Positions 29,101 to 41,612 of a stretch of 64,000 nt of DNA are shown here, in pieces. The stretch lies in IMG/VR virus record IMGVR_UViG_3300031994_000007. One strand, given 5' to 3'. The notes below the pieces were generated by a model. That model saw only the letters and a list, made by a program, of their open reading frames with translations. It was not told the origin of the DNA and made no database searches. The position numbers and the translations under genes are program-made. This DNA is from a virus. Numbering within the stretch: the stretch's first letter is position 1; each line of letters begins with the position of its first letter.

Positions 29101-32100
29101 CTTCAGTATAATCTTCAATAGTTGACTTTAACTAATTATATGTTTCAGTAGCTTTTTCAAACTCTTCTTTAGCTTTTTTAGTCGCTTCTACCTATTCGGC
29201 ATAAGCCTATCTTGCTTTATGGGTAGCATCATAAAAACTTTTAATAGCGATAACGACCCCTGCAAGTATTGCAATAACAATTGTTGCTGTAGCTGCAAAG
29301 GTAGCAATCGCTGCTCCAGCTTCACTCAATCCAGCTGTTAAAGCACCAATAGCTGGCACAGCACTATTGATACTAGTACCAGTTTTTATAGCAAATTTTC
29401 CAATACTTTCAAATAATTTTGGTACAGCATTGGCCCCTTTTATCATACGGTCTAAACTAAACATCAAAGTGCCCGATGCCGCCGCCGTAGATAACATTTT
29501 GTCTGACATACTCTTGGAAGTATCATTCCAAGTTTCTTTTAAACCTTTAATAGTATTTATAAACGAAGCTAATGCAGTTAACCCACTAGCAACTGTTGTT
29601 AAGCTTTGCCCAATACTCTATAACTCTCCTTTAACTTGCTATAAATATTCTTTTAAAATAGCCGCAGAAGAAGACATGTTAAAGAAACCTGTTGTGACAT
29701 CTTTACTTGCCCCTTGAACATTATTAAAATGATCCTCTAAAGCTCGCATAGCTCCATCTACATCAGTAGTAAAAGGTTTAATTATGTTTCTTATTGTCTC
29801 TAAACTTGTTTGAATATCAGTATTTAATTCTCCGCTTCTACCTTGTATCTTATTAAAAAAGGCTTCAGCAGCCTAATTGACTTCATCGAATCCTTTACTA
29901 GGATCCTTTATAGCCGCTTCAAATTTAGCTTTAAATTCATCAAAAAGTCTTTGAGTATTTGTTCCATATACCTCTTCAACTGTATGGCCAAACTATTTTG
30001 TAGATTGCTCTATTCCATTTATTATAGCCTCAAATGATGTTAAATTATTTGTATTTTTTGAAAAATCTATTTTGGTAAATGACTACATAGTTGTTTCAAC
30101 TATAGCCAATTCTTTCGCATATTTTTGTAAATTACTTATCTAAGTATCATATTTAGTTTTATCAAATTCGTTTGAAGTATTTTTTAATGCAAGAAAACGA
30201 TCTACTACTTTAGCCGCATTTGCTTCAACTGATTTAAGATTATCTTTTACTCCAGTACAAGCTGTTTGCAAAGTCTAAAAAGCTTTAATGGCTTCACTTG
30301 AGTATCCTTTTCCTTCTAAAAATTTTTCTACTGTCTACTTTCCCGAATGTGCTGCATCTTCAACTGCTTTAATTTCTTGTTTAAGTAATTTAAATCCTTC
30401 TTGAGCTTCTTTAGTGTCAACACTTGTTAATTTTCCTAAAATATCATCAAAACTACTACTACTATCCCAAAACTACTTATCATTAACTTCTACATTATTG
30501 CTATGTCTCTAAGCTGCATTAGATATTCGAGCCTTTTCTATTCCAAATTGTTCTTGTGCTTTCTATAACTCTTTACCAGCTTCAATTGTATTCTATACTA
30601 AAATATTGTGCTATTCTTGTAATAATGTTACTATTTTAGCTTCTTCTGCTGATAACTATTTCTTTTTATTTAATTGCTATTCTAAAATTATATTAGAATA
30701 AGCCGCCTATGACTTATAAGCGGTTCCTGCAACTTGATCTTTTGTATGAGTAGCCCCTGCATACATATTAGCTAATTGATTATTAGCATCCTATTTCATA
30801 GCAATAATTTCTTTTTGAGTATATCCAAAAAAGAATCTAATACGCTATATTAAATTATCAATACTAGAACTTAATTGTGGTCCAAAAATAGTAAGAAAAG
30901 CAGTGCTAACGACAGATAATACACCGGGCAATCCGCCCAATGCTTTAATTAAATTATTAATACCATCAAGATTTTTTTCTATAAAATCATTAACATCAAT
31001 AAAAAAATCATCATTTATTAATGATGAATAAATAGCTTCAGCAGCAGCTTTTACTCTATCTCTTGCTGCTTCCCAGCCTTCAGCATAAATTTCAGCTTGT
31101 TTATTTAAAGTTCCCTCAGAACCTTCAGCAATTTGTATATTATCTTTAAATTTATCAAAATTATCAAAAAGTGCAATTAAATTAGTATATTGACGCACAC
31201 CACCAACAGTGTTTGCGACTGTGATTCGCGAAGTTTCATCTAATGTCTACCATTTCTCTCCAATATCAAATAAAATAGTATCCATTTCTTTTAACTTTCC
31301 ATTAGCATCTAATACGTTAACACCTATTTTAGCTAATGCTTCTGTGTATTTAGTTAATCCTACGCCATCTTCTAATGTTTTACCAAGTTTCAAACTTTGT
31401 AAACGAGCGAAAATAGTCCTTAAACCAGTACCTACAGTATCAGCACTCTAACGAGTCTATGCAACAATAGTTGCTAAAGCAGCAGCGGCATTTTCATAAC
31501 TTAAACCTACTGTACTAGCAACTGATGCAAATTTTTCCATACCAACAGCAATTTCAGCTTGGCTGGAAGCAGTCGCCGCACCTAAAGCAGACATAACATC
31601 AGCATAATATTCAAGTGATTTACTTCCATCATCAAAATTATTCCAGACAGCTGTCATCTAATCAGATACAGTTTCAGCTGTCTATCTAGAAACATTTGCC
31701 AATTTTAAAGTTGCTTCAGTTCTACGTGCTACTTCTTCATCAGTTAAACCCTATTGATAATAAATTAAAGAAGCATTAGTATAATCTAATGTAGTAGAAC
31801 TTAAACTACGCGCTGCTTTATTAGCACGATCAGCAAATAAAGACATTTCTTCGGCTGACTAATTAGTAACAATACGAATATTATTTAAAGATTCATTTAA
31901 ATTCTAAGCATATCCATATGCACTGGAGATCCCACCAACTAATGTGTGGATAACACTTGAAGAAATCTAAAATCGTGCGACATTCTTCAATGTAATCCAC
32001 ATTTGATTAATCATACTATTACTACGTTCTAAAGAAACATTAGCTGTACTAATAGATTGAGTTAATTGCAAAAATGCCTATTTTCCATTTGCACCTAATT

Positions 32101-32398
32101 TAGATAAGGCAGAGCCATAATCCCCCAATGTTTTTCCACTAGTTTTTAATGAATTATTAAATTTTACTAAATCTAATGATCCATCTGTCCGCATAGCATC
32201 CTGTAATTTTACTTTTAATTCAGTGGCTGCTATTTTTGCTTTATTAATTTCAGCACTAATCCCAGAACCACCTAATCCAATAGATGGCTAGTTTAAAGCT
32301 TTATCTAATAAACGATTTAATTCTTGAATAGAATTTTTTGCCTAACTTGTATCAGCAGTAAATCGCATATCAACATTTAAGTGTTTTCCTCCACTCAT
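23192..32398 (-). CDS. tail tape measure protein, TP901-family core (about 3068 codons; about 45 in-frame TAG)
   Basis: RBS AGAGAAAGGAG before ATG 32398. N-terminal 'NIRIVTN*SAEEMSLFADRANKAARSLSSTTLDYTNASLIYYQ*GLTDEE' matches the conserved TMP core. All fragments from 31457 to 24467 are in one frame broken only by TAG. C-terminal 'GGYTGSWGPDGKIAVLHEHE' motif. TGA at 23192. Internal TAA/TGA not exhaustively excluded. Confidence 0.75.
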
Positions 32399-32551
32399 TG
32401 GACTAAAACTCCTTTCTCTCTATAACATTATATATAAAAAAGAAAAACGGATTATTACCCATTGTAAAGAATAATAATCCGTTTATAAAAATCATATTCT
32501 TCTATTAATAAATAATAAATATATTAATAGAATTAATTTAATTAGGCCATT

Positions 32552-33079
32552 TTAAGTTGTCTTATCAATAATTTCTTTTAATTCTTTTATATTATTATCA
32601 TTTGCTATTTTATCTTTTATAGTATCTATATCTAAATTTAAATTACTATAATCAGTCTATAAAGAATCTAAAATGCCATAAACAGAATTGCGATATTCCA
32701 TAATACTAATAATACTAGCATTAGTATGTTTTTCAAACCAATCACAATCATCTTTTGGAATTAAATCCCAAATCTATTTCATTAATCCTGAAGCAACAAA
32801 ATTATCATATAATTTCATTGGATTCTCTTTTTGTTTATCTGTAAACTTAATATTAGTATAAGCATATAATACTTCCATTTTAATATTAAAATCAATGCGA
32901 GCAGTATTATAAAATCCTCTTTCATCAATAGAATTATTAATAATATTTGTTAATACTTCTAATTTCTTTTCTAATGGAAGAAATTGCTTTACTTCAATTT
33001 GTTCATTGCCGCAATGAATAATAGCAATTTCATCAAAGTTTGGTTTTAAGCCTAATTTAGTATATGTGACTTGTGCCAT
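32552..33079 (-). CDS. putative tail assembly chaperone (175 aa)
   Basis: Immediately upstream of the TMP. RBS AAAGGAGG. 3 in-frame TAG. TAA at 32552. Assignment by position only. Confidence 0.35.
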
Positions 33080-33148
33080 TATTTTTAGCCTCCTTTAACT
33101 CTTCTTTATTTTTAATTATAACATTTTTTTTTAATTTTTGCAATTTTT

Positions 33149-34324
33149 TTAATCTGTATGTGCCATCATTGCCACTGCACCACTAGAAATAGGACCATCT
33201 TTTGGTTTATAAAAAGCTAATACATATGACTAAGCCTTAAATTCAGCTAATAATTCTGATGTAAAATAAATCTAATTACCTGTACTAAAAATAAAGTTAT
33301 TTTTACCAATAATATTTATCAAATTAGACATAGCAGCATACATACCTGCATGCCAAAAATATTTTCCATTTCCTTCGGGGATAAAATTAGCATGTGATCC
33401 AAAATCAAGAAAATATCTATTTCCTCCATATCCAGGTGACCAAGGAGTCATCCAACTTTTTGATTGGATACCTCCTAATAATTTTTCCTAATCATCTGTT
33501 GTAATAGTCTAATGAGATGCAGCATTCCCTAAATTCTCCATTTGATTTATAAGTAATGATAAATTATCTTTATCATTACTATTAACATTTATGGTTCCTA
33601 AAAGTATATCGTATTGAATTTGCTAACCTTTTTCATTTCGCTAAGACCCTGATGATATTGCCTTTATTCCATACTATTTTAAAATTTTTTCTAATGCTGG
33701 GACTAATAATTCTTCTTTATAATATCCTTTTAAAGATTTCTTATAATTATCTATCCTATGAGCAATAATTCCAGTTTGTAATTGTTCAAGTATTAATTTT
33801 CTAGCATAACCAAATAAATTATTCTAAATATCAGTATTTGTAGTATGACCTAGTTTGGTAATAGAAGCTACATGAGAAGCAACCATCTAACGAGTAAAAT
33901 TATTTGATTCTAAAAATTTTTCTATATCTTTCGTTATATTTTCTGCTAATCGTTCTGGTTTAATTTCACCAGCTTCTCCTCTTCTAATTAAGTCTTTATA
34001 CCGATTAAGTAAAGTATTATAACTAGCAGTATTCCCTTCCCCGGAAATTGTTTTTATCATAAAATCTTCCATTAATTCTTTAATAGCATCAAAAGCTTTA
34101 TTAAATGTTTCATCCAATTCATTATCAGTTTCCTATTCCAATGCTTCATTTAATTTATTTAAAAAGTCTTTAGCTGCTCCTTTTTGCTATAATTCTAACT
34201 ATTGTAAGAAATTTCTTTTCTGTTCTTTAAAATTATTGATTGCATTATTATAAGCACTATCAATAATACTATGAGACTAATTTTTATAATATATATACCA
34301 AGGATTATTTAATACAGGACTCAT
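33149..34324 (-). CDS. hypothetical tail-module protein (391 aa, about 12 in-frame TAG)
   Basis: RBS TTAGGAG. Single frame across TAGs. TAA 33149. Confidence 0.4.
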
Positions 34325-34412
34325 AATATAAACTCCTAAAAAAAAAATAAGGAGAGAAATATTTATATATCTCTCTCCTTTAATTTAATTAACCATTAGC
34401 GTTTTCAATTCT

Positions 34413-35447
34413 CTAACTAAGTAAATCCTCGTGAGGATCAACACCAGTTGTAACACCATCAACTGCATAGACACCATTAGGTGTAGCACCACGGTGGAGC
34501 TCTTGAGCACTTTCTTCTTCAATGATTTGAACAACAGCAAGAACTTTCTTACTATGATCAAAACGAGTGTAATCAGGGAATGCATCCATAGTGAAAGTAA
34601 AGCTTGATGGATCACCAGAAGATGCCATAGTAAATGTAAAGTTAGATTGAATCTTGCAGTTAGGAATTATGAATTCAGCAGGCATATCTACACCAGCTTC
34701 ATTACGGAAGAGGGTAGAAGCTTCAAGATAGAAGTTACCACCAAATTTATCGGGGGTAATTTCAATTTGTTGTGCAGCTGCTTCACGAGCTACATAGAAA
34801 TCAACAAGAACACTATCAAACTTAATATCATCAATTTGACCAATCTTATATCCAACATTATCATTACCGGTATGAGTATCATCATAACAATTATGCTCAG
34901 CAATAGTAATAACATATTTTCCATTTTCATCAGGAGTAATTGCTCCATGAACTGGAATGTAAGGCTCAGTTACGATAGCGCCATCACGCATAAACATAAC
35001 ATAAGCAAAGTTCTCACCCTTATTTTCTGGTAAATAAGGTTCCTAAGATAATGGAATTGTAACTGAAGAACTAGTACTATTACCTTCAGCGATAGAAGAT
35101 TTTAAAACATCACCAGCATCAATAGTTTCTGTAACATGTTGATAAATTGGTTTCCCAGCTGTAGCAGTTACAAGACCAGCACCAGAAAGAATCATAAATC
35201 CTTCTGGAGAAATAAGAGCATCTTCCATAGTGAAAGTTACAGTTCTTTCACCTTCCCATGCTACTAAACGAGCATTACCACGTCCACCTTGGGCATATAC
35301 TGTAGTAGCTGCACCCTCGAGACTAGAAGTTTTTAAAGTATCAAAATAAATAACCGGTTCATTTTTATAGAAAATTTTATTGCCAACTTGCATACGGTTC
35401 TTTGCACGAAGAACTACATCACAAATCTCACGTACACCAAACTTCAT
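34413..35447 (-). CDS. putative major tail protein (344 aa; a single in-frame TAG at 35043)
   Basis: Two track ORFs (35043..35447 and 34413..34997) are in the same frame, separated by one TAG. Position upstream of chaperone/TMP. GC noticeably higher than neighbours and nearly TAG-free, which suggests high expression. Confidence 0.45.
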
Positions 35448-35466
35448 AATGTGTTTTCCTCCTTAA

Positions 35467-35997
35467 TTAATTATGAATATTTTTCATCCAATTGTCGGGC
35501 TTAGAGTCTGGTTTCCCGCCGGCCAAACGGCTACGGATATCTAAATCCCAATTAATCCATAAATGGTATCGTTCAATTAAATCATATAATTGAAACATTG
35601 TTAAATTTATCAATTCGTGCAAAGGCTAATATAAAGCCACTGCTAAAATTGATAAATACTAACTTAAAACACTCGCATTCTTTGCACCTGACTCAGCGGC
35701 AATTCGTTCTCGTCCTCGCTATAATTTTCTTGCAATTTCTTGAGCCTTTGCCCCACCAGGATTAAATGCTTGCTAATCCATAGGACCATTACTAACGCAA
35801 AAAATCTAACGCAATATTATCTATAAATCTTCAAAATTCTCAACATCTACAATAATATTCTCTCCCTATCCATCGTTTGGACGAAATAATAAAGAATTTG
35901 GAGTAAATAACACCTAATATTTAGGAAATAATAATAATAAAACCTATTGTACAGCCTACTTTTTATCTTGCGCTTTGGTTTCTTGCATTATTTTCAT
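35467..35997 (-). CDS. hypothetical protein (176 aa) with about 11 in-frame TAG (~6% of codons)
   Basis: ATG 35997 and TAA 35467 are in frame. The translation reads coherently only if TAG is sense ('...VLS*YLSILAVALY*PLHELI...'). Confidence 0.45.
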
Positions 35998-36166
35998 AAA
36001 TATTTGAAAATTATTTATTGTTGATAGAAGATTTTTGTCCTAAACAAACATAGTTTTATATAAAGAAAGACATTGAGCTCCAGTAAAATATACTTGCTCA
36101 CCAAGCATAGAAATTTCTTTAATTGAAGGCTAATGAACCACTAATTGGCAAGCTGGAATTGGGATA

Positions 36167-36808
36167 TCACTCCCGCACATTAAGGCTAGCCTATAATCCA
36201 TTAGGATATTCCTTTTCCTACTCTTTCTATGCCAAAATCATTTTTTTATATTCTTGTTCAAACTATTCTTGCTCATTCGGATTAGGCATTCTCTTTTTAT
36301 CTTCTTCTCCATGATAAGTTCTATACATTAAACATAATCCAGCAAATTCATCATTTAAAATAATCTAATTTGCTCCTAAAAATTCAATTTTCCCAATACC
36401 AGTTAATTTCTACTAATTAAGCATTGAATCAATTTCAGCTGCAATACGATACGGACGTAAATTATAGTCTTTTAATTGCCATTGATCAAAATGACAAATA
36501 ATATCAAATTCAATAATATTATCTCTAAATTCAGGATTCTCTGATTCGACAAAATTATCAAAACTAATAATAATATAATTCAATACGCTTTTATCTATAT
36601 ATAACTTAGGAACATTTTTAATTTCTTTGCCAAACATTTTAATTTTTTCATTATCAGAAAGATTTGGCTATTCAAGAGCGTCTCTTGTAGTACGACATAA
36701 TAATTTACATAATCTGTCATTGCTTAAAAACTTATCTATTAGTAATCTCATATCTTTATTAATAGATAAAAAACTACTTTTTGGAGGATGATAATTTTCA
36801 ATTTTCAT
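36167..36808 (-). CDS. hypothetical head-tail joining region protein (213 aa)
   Basis: RBS AGGAGAAAG before ATG 36808. Frame followed codon by codon through 9 TAGs to TGA at 36167. Confidence 0.4.
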
Positions 36809-36836
36809 ACTCTTTCTCCTTTTACTCTTATTTCAA

Positions 36837-37967
36837 TTAAAACAATGATTCAACAACAATTGTTTTTGAGAAATTTTTATCATGGCCAATTTCTTTATTT
36901 CCATACCATAAAGTAAATTGTCCACTATAACTACTATTCCATTTAATTTTAATTCCAGGAATACCTTTTTCTGTTTTAAACTTTTCTAATAATACAGGAA
37001 CACGCGGTCCATCTATATACCAATCACCATTGCTATTTTTATCAGCATTTACAAAATATTGATATTCAATTTTTGGTTTAATAAATGTTGGACCAATAAT
37101 ATCTTCTTTTCGATTAATTTCAGGTTCTATATTCTTTTTAATATAAGCTCCTACTAATCCATCCTAAATATTATCTTCAGTCTCATTAGCAAAGTATTCA
37201 ACAGCTGTAATTTCAAAAATCCCTTTTGTACTAATTGAATCAGTTGCTTCTACTCTCCAACATATATTATTATCTGGAGAATCAGCATCTTTTAAATAAA
37301 ATTTTTTATATCTTTGAAACTATTTCATAACCTATTCATTTTTCGGTAATAAAATATGTAGACTATGATTTGGTTCATCAATACTAATACCGTGTTTCTA
37401 AATAAAATTGATTTTTGTTTCTACTGGGCCTCTAATTGCTGCATATGTGCTCTATTCATTTCCATCTTCATCCAGCCAATTAATTTCATAATCACAACGA
37501 CGAATTTCAGCTCTGAAATAAGCAATTTCATCTAAATCCTATAGAGTAATTAACCAATAACTATTGGTACGACACCACTCAAATATATCGCCAACTTCAA
37601 AACCGTGCTCAAATCCAATAGAAATAATTTTGTCATCATAATCAAATTTATTTTTGTCAGGGTTGATAAGTGCTCGCACCGGAGCCGAATGTTCAGGCCC
37701 GTGCTCTAAATTTTTTACTCCTTGGATTTTTTTTACCCAAGCTCCTTGATAAGAATACAATGTTGCTTTATCTAATGACTTTCTTTTATCCCGAATCATT
37801 CGTTCCTATTGCGGGAAGCCTCCTCTATAACGCAACTAGTCAGCTATCGTATTGGCGCCTTCTACTGTGTCTTTGTAATATTTATGAGGTTCTAAATTCC
37901 CAAGTCTTGCCCCCATTAATTTCATAGCTAAATTAGCGCCAATACCAAAAGAATCATTTTTATTCAT
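36837..37967 (-). CDS. hypothetical virion protein (376 aa)
   Basis: ATG 37967. Same frame as fragment 37539..37799. TAA 36837. Confidence 0.4.
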
Positions 37968-38182
37968 TCTTTTGTATCTCCATTAAACTCATTAATTAAA
38001 TTAATGCATTCAAATACTGTTTTTCTATAAATAGAAAAATCTACATCTACTACACGCAATCCCTCTAATTTAGATAAAAGCTATAAAAAACATGAATTAT
38101 GAAGAAAAATTTGATCTTTCCCAGCAATATCAATAATTACTGTTTCTAACTATCTATCCCAGTCTTCCCCATTCTCCCTCAT
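37964..38182 (-). CDS. small hypothetical protein (>=72 aa; start uncertain)
   Basis: ORF ending TGA 37964 overlaps the next ATG (ATGA). The first in-frame ATG is at 38182. Confidence 0.25.
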
Positions 38183-38271
38183 AGGAATTAACTTCCAAAG
38201 CTAATTAGTTAATCTAATAACTTCTTTTTTTATATCTTCTTCTCTAAAAGCAAATTTATATTTACTTGAAA

Positions 38272-38856
38272 TCAATAATATACACCATGACCCAAAGCAT
38301 TTTTCCAATTAGACTAATATCTTTGGTCCTCTCTATTGATCTTGCGGCGTTTATATAAACGCTACATATGATGAGATTGACGCTGACATTCTGACAATAA
38401 AGCTAATAATTTCTATAAATGATTAGCCTATGATGTCATTTTAAAATCAGCGCCACTATATTTCATGCGTGTACTTTCGATAGATGTTACCTGTCGTTGA
38501 ACCCAAGCAATCATCATTAAAATCGCTAAAATATTAATTTCCTCTGAATTTAAATCAGAGGAAAAAGTAGATTTTTCAATTAATGCTAATGGAGGTCTTC
38601 CAAAATCATTTTCATCAATAGTATCGTCCCATAGAACACCAATTAAAAAATCATCTTCAGTTACTTCATTTTCTGGCTTAATTTCTTGATCTATAGTATA
38701 ATCATATAAATTACATCTTGGAAATTCAAAACCAGGAATAGCATCTATTAACATTTTTCTTAAATCTTTAATAGTATCCTATGGAGTTAATTCAACATAC
38801 ATGTCATCAGTAATTTTACCAAGAAAGCGGTTATAAATATCTGTGAATTTAGTCAC
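38272..38856 (-). CDS. hypothetical protein (194 aa, GTG start)
   Basis: AAGGAGG 8 nt before GTG 38856. Frame traced through TAGs at 38428, 38413, 38362, 38314 to TGA 38272. Confidence 0.4.
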
Positions 38857-38877
38857 AAAATACGCCTCCTTCTTTAA

Positions 38878-39429
38878 TTACCCCTAATTAACAACCTTAT
38901 AATTAGTTTGAGTTCTACGACCAGTTACTGGAGTATCAATAGCTTTTTCGACAGCCTTTTCAGTTTTATCGTCAACTTCTGTACCAGAATTAGCAATCGC
39001 TTTATCAACATCAAAACCGGTCTTTTTCTTTAAAGCCGCACGTTTTTCAAAGTCAGTTAAAGGTAATTCTACAGCAAACTTTTTAACTAATTCCAAGACG
39101 CCCTCTGGAGCATAGTCTAAACAATCTAAAAAAGCTGGTAAAGTTCCAGTCTTTAAAAGCTCAATAATCTGCGCTTCTGACATATAATATTCTGGTTCAA
39201 CATTAAGTCCAAGACTTTTAGGGACGCCTTCACTCTAAATCTATAAAAAATTAATCATCATCTCGCGGCCACCTGGCTGATAACTTAAATGCAATAATTC
39301 TTCATAAGAAATACGCTTTGTCTCACCAGGAGTAAAACGTCTTACAATATTATCTTCTGGAATTGTATATTTTACAATACCAGCACTACGATTTTTTACA
39401 TTATAAAAATATTTTCTTTGTTCTACCAT
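38878..39429 (-). CDS. hypothetical head completion / connector-region protein (183 aa)
   Basis: RBS AAAAGGAGA before ATG 39429. Fragments 39241 and 38884 in the same frame. TAGs at 39241, 39232, 38884. TAA 38878. Confidence 0.45.
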
Positions 39430-39465
39430 TTTTAATAAATCTCCTTTTACTCATAATAAAAAATA

Positions 39466-39494
39466 GGAGAGCGGGAGATTTACTCCCTCTCCCC
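39466..39494 (-). terminator. intrinsic terminator after major capsid gene
   Basis: On the minus strand GGGGAGAGGGAG-loop-CTCCCGCTCTCC followed by TATTTTTT. Confidence 0.55.
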
Positions 39495-39527
39495 TTTATC
39501 TCAAAAATTATTTAATTAATTTTTAAA

Positions 39528-40751
39528 TTATGGATTAGTTGTGCCGCCTTGGGAAGGAGTTGTATTTTCTCCGCCTTGTGCAGGAGTGGTATTTCCACTA
39601 TTAGTACCGCTATCAGCACTAGAACCATCCTCATTCACAGCACCATCAAATTGACCATCTTTACGGCCATCATAAGTAATTACATTACCAGTAACTCCAT
39701 TAAAGTTCCAAGTATCCATTTGTCCCATAAGAGAAGTGTCAACATAGCAACAAATATCATTAGTTAACATAGCAACTACGCCAACCTTACGATATACATG
39801 AATTTCTTTACTCCAAGTACCACGATTATCGTCTTCACGTACAAGAGTATTACCCTCAAAGGCAATCTTAACAGGCTTGCTATTAGCTCCAGCAGGAATA
39901 ATCCAACAATAACCTGGATCAATAACCTTACGGCTATTAGTTTCATCTTCAAAGCCTTGATCAAGAATAGTTACAGTATGACCTTTATAATTAGCAAGAC
40001 GACCTTTTTCCCAAAGTTCTTGCTTCATACCATCAGTATAACGCCAAGCTTCTTGAGGAATCATTTTAACAGCAAATTCATAAGTACAATAAATAGCAGG
40101 AGTACCATAAGCACTTGCAATATAAATTAAACGATCAAACTCAGTTTCATCAAAACCATTAAAAGCAACACGATTTGCTGGAGGAAGTTGATTAATAGAA
40201 GCTTTAAGAGCATGAGCAACTTCTTTTGCAATTAATTCTTCCATACCCTCGTAAATAATACGAGTTACTTCAGCAAAATCAACACGACCATCAAGGAACT
40301 CTTCAAATCCAATTTGAGCAGCTCCGCCAATAGCACTAGTGCGAACTTCGAAAGCCTCTTCAGCTTTACCAAGCTTAAAGACTTCATATACACCAGCAAG
40401 ACCAACACGAGTAATGAATTGTTTTGCACGGTTATTTGAATTGAGCTTACGACGGAAAATAGGTTTATCACCTTGACCAAAGGTCTTTACTTCAGCAAAT
40501 TGCATATAGGTTTCAGTAACCTTACGTGGAAGCACTTCATCAAGAGTTTGTTCAATAAGAGTAAAAATAGTATTTTTATTTTCACGATATGCAGCATTAG
40601 TGCCACAAAGTTCATTGAGTTCTTGGCGAAGAGTTTCATTTAAAACATCATAACTAAGATTCTGTCCATTAAAACTATAAGAAGTAGGAGCAGAAGCATT
40701 AGCTTTAGCTGTAATCTTCATTAATTGAAGTAAGTTATTAAAATCCAACAT
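39528..40751 (-). CDS. putative major capsid protein (407 aa; no in-frame TAG; ~45% GC)
   Basis: Uninterrupted ORF with RBS AAGAAAGGAGAAAG. Located after scaffold and decoration genes (SPP1/lambda-like order). Followed by a strong terminator. Compositionally distinct from TAG-rich neighbours. Confidence 0.5.
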   Translation of the reverse strand: MLDFNNLLQLMKITAKANASAPTSYSFNGQNLSYDVLNETLRQELNELCGTNAAYRENKNTIFTLIEQTLDEVLPRKVTETYMQFAEVKTFGQGDKPIFRRKLNSNNRAKQFITRVGLAGVYEVFKLGKAEEAFEVRTSAIGGAAQIGFEEFLDGRVDFAEVTRIIYEGMEELIAKEVAHALKASINQLPPANRVAFNGFDETEFDRLIYIASAYGTPAIYCTYEFAVKMIPQEAWRYTDGMKQELWEKGRLANYKGHTVTILDQGFEDETNSRKVIDPGYCWIIPAGANSKPVKIAFEGNTLVREDDNRGTWSKEIHVYRKVGVVAMLTNDICCYVDTSLMGQMDTWNFNGVTGNVITYDGRKDGQFDGAVNEDGSSADSGTNSGNTTPAQGGENTTPSQGGTTNP

Positions 40752-40772
40752 TATCTTCTTTCTCCTTTCTTA

Positions 40773-41597
40773 TTATTGAATACGCATTAATTTTACGCCT
40801 GGTTGATGATCTGGCATAGTATAAACTTTAACAACTTGCCATACCATATCAGATGCAGTTGGAGTTGCTTTCTTAGTAAGAATACCCTTATTGTTCTTAT
40901 CAGGAACAAGTTTATCTTTAAGAGCTACAGTATTATCGGCAATCATATTTGTAGTCATAATATCGCCAACATGAGTCTTAACAAGACGTGGAACCATAGT
41001 AGTTCCTTCTGGCATTAATTGTTCGGTGTAAGGTCCAACAATATGGAATGGATCTTCATTGTAATGAAGTTCATACATATCAGGAGCAGCAGTTACATCA
41101 TCAACTGGGAATGACTTTGCATTATCGCCTTCACCAAAAGTAACTTTACCATTAGCAAATTTAATGCTACCATTTTTTGCGTCAACACCATTGCCATTGT
41201 AGTAACGAGATTGTCTATCCCACATTTCATCAGGTTGAAGATTACGATCCTTATCATAACCACCACCAAATGGGCTATATACACGAGCTTGATAATTATC
41301 CTTAATCATTGCGAACTCAGCATCAATTTGATGATCGCGATAAAGTTTAATTTCATTATATACTAATAACCATTCGCCAGGACCAGTAAAGTCTACAACG
41401 CCCTCAGCATAGTCATACTTTGCAAATTGACCATTTTCAAGAATTTGAATATCAGCAGCGGCTGGGAGTTGAGCATATACCTCTTTAGTAGCTTCACCAG
41501 AGAGGTGGTTAGCTTCAACTTGACCGTATCCATAGCCATTAGTCTTAATATATCCAGCTTGGCTTTCAATATTTTTCTTTAAGAAATCACTAAGCAT
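40773..41597 (-). CDS. putative head decoration / abundant capsid-associated protein (274 aa; no in-frame TAG)
   Basis: Uninterrupted ORF. RBS GGAGGA. Lies between the scaffold and major capsid genes. Confidence 0.35.
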   Translation of the reverse strand: MLSDFLKKNIESQAGYIKTNGYGYGQVEANHLSGEATKEVYAQLPAAADIQILENGQFAKYDYAEGVVDFTGPGEWLLVYNEIKLYRDHQIDAEFAMIKDNYQARVYSPFGGGYDKDRNLQPDEMWDRQSRYYNGNGVDAKNGSIKFANGKVTFGEGDNAKSFPVDDVTAAPDMYELHYNEDPFHIVGPYTEQLMPEGTTMVPRLVKTHVGDIMTTNMIADNTVALKDKLVPDKNNKGILTKKATPTASDMVWQVVKVYTMPDHQPGVKLMRIQ

Positions 41598-41612
41598 TTT
41601 ATATTATCCTCC

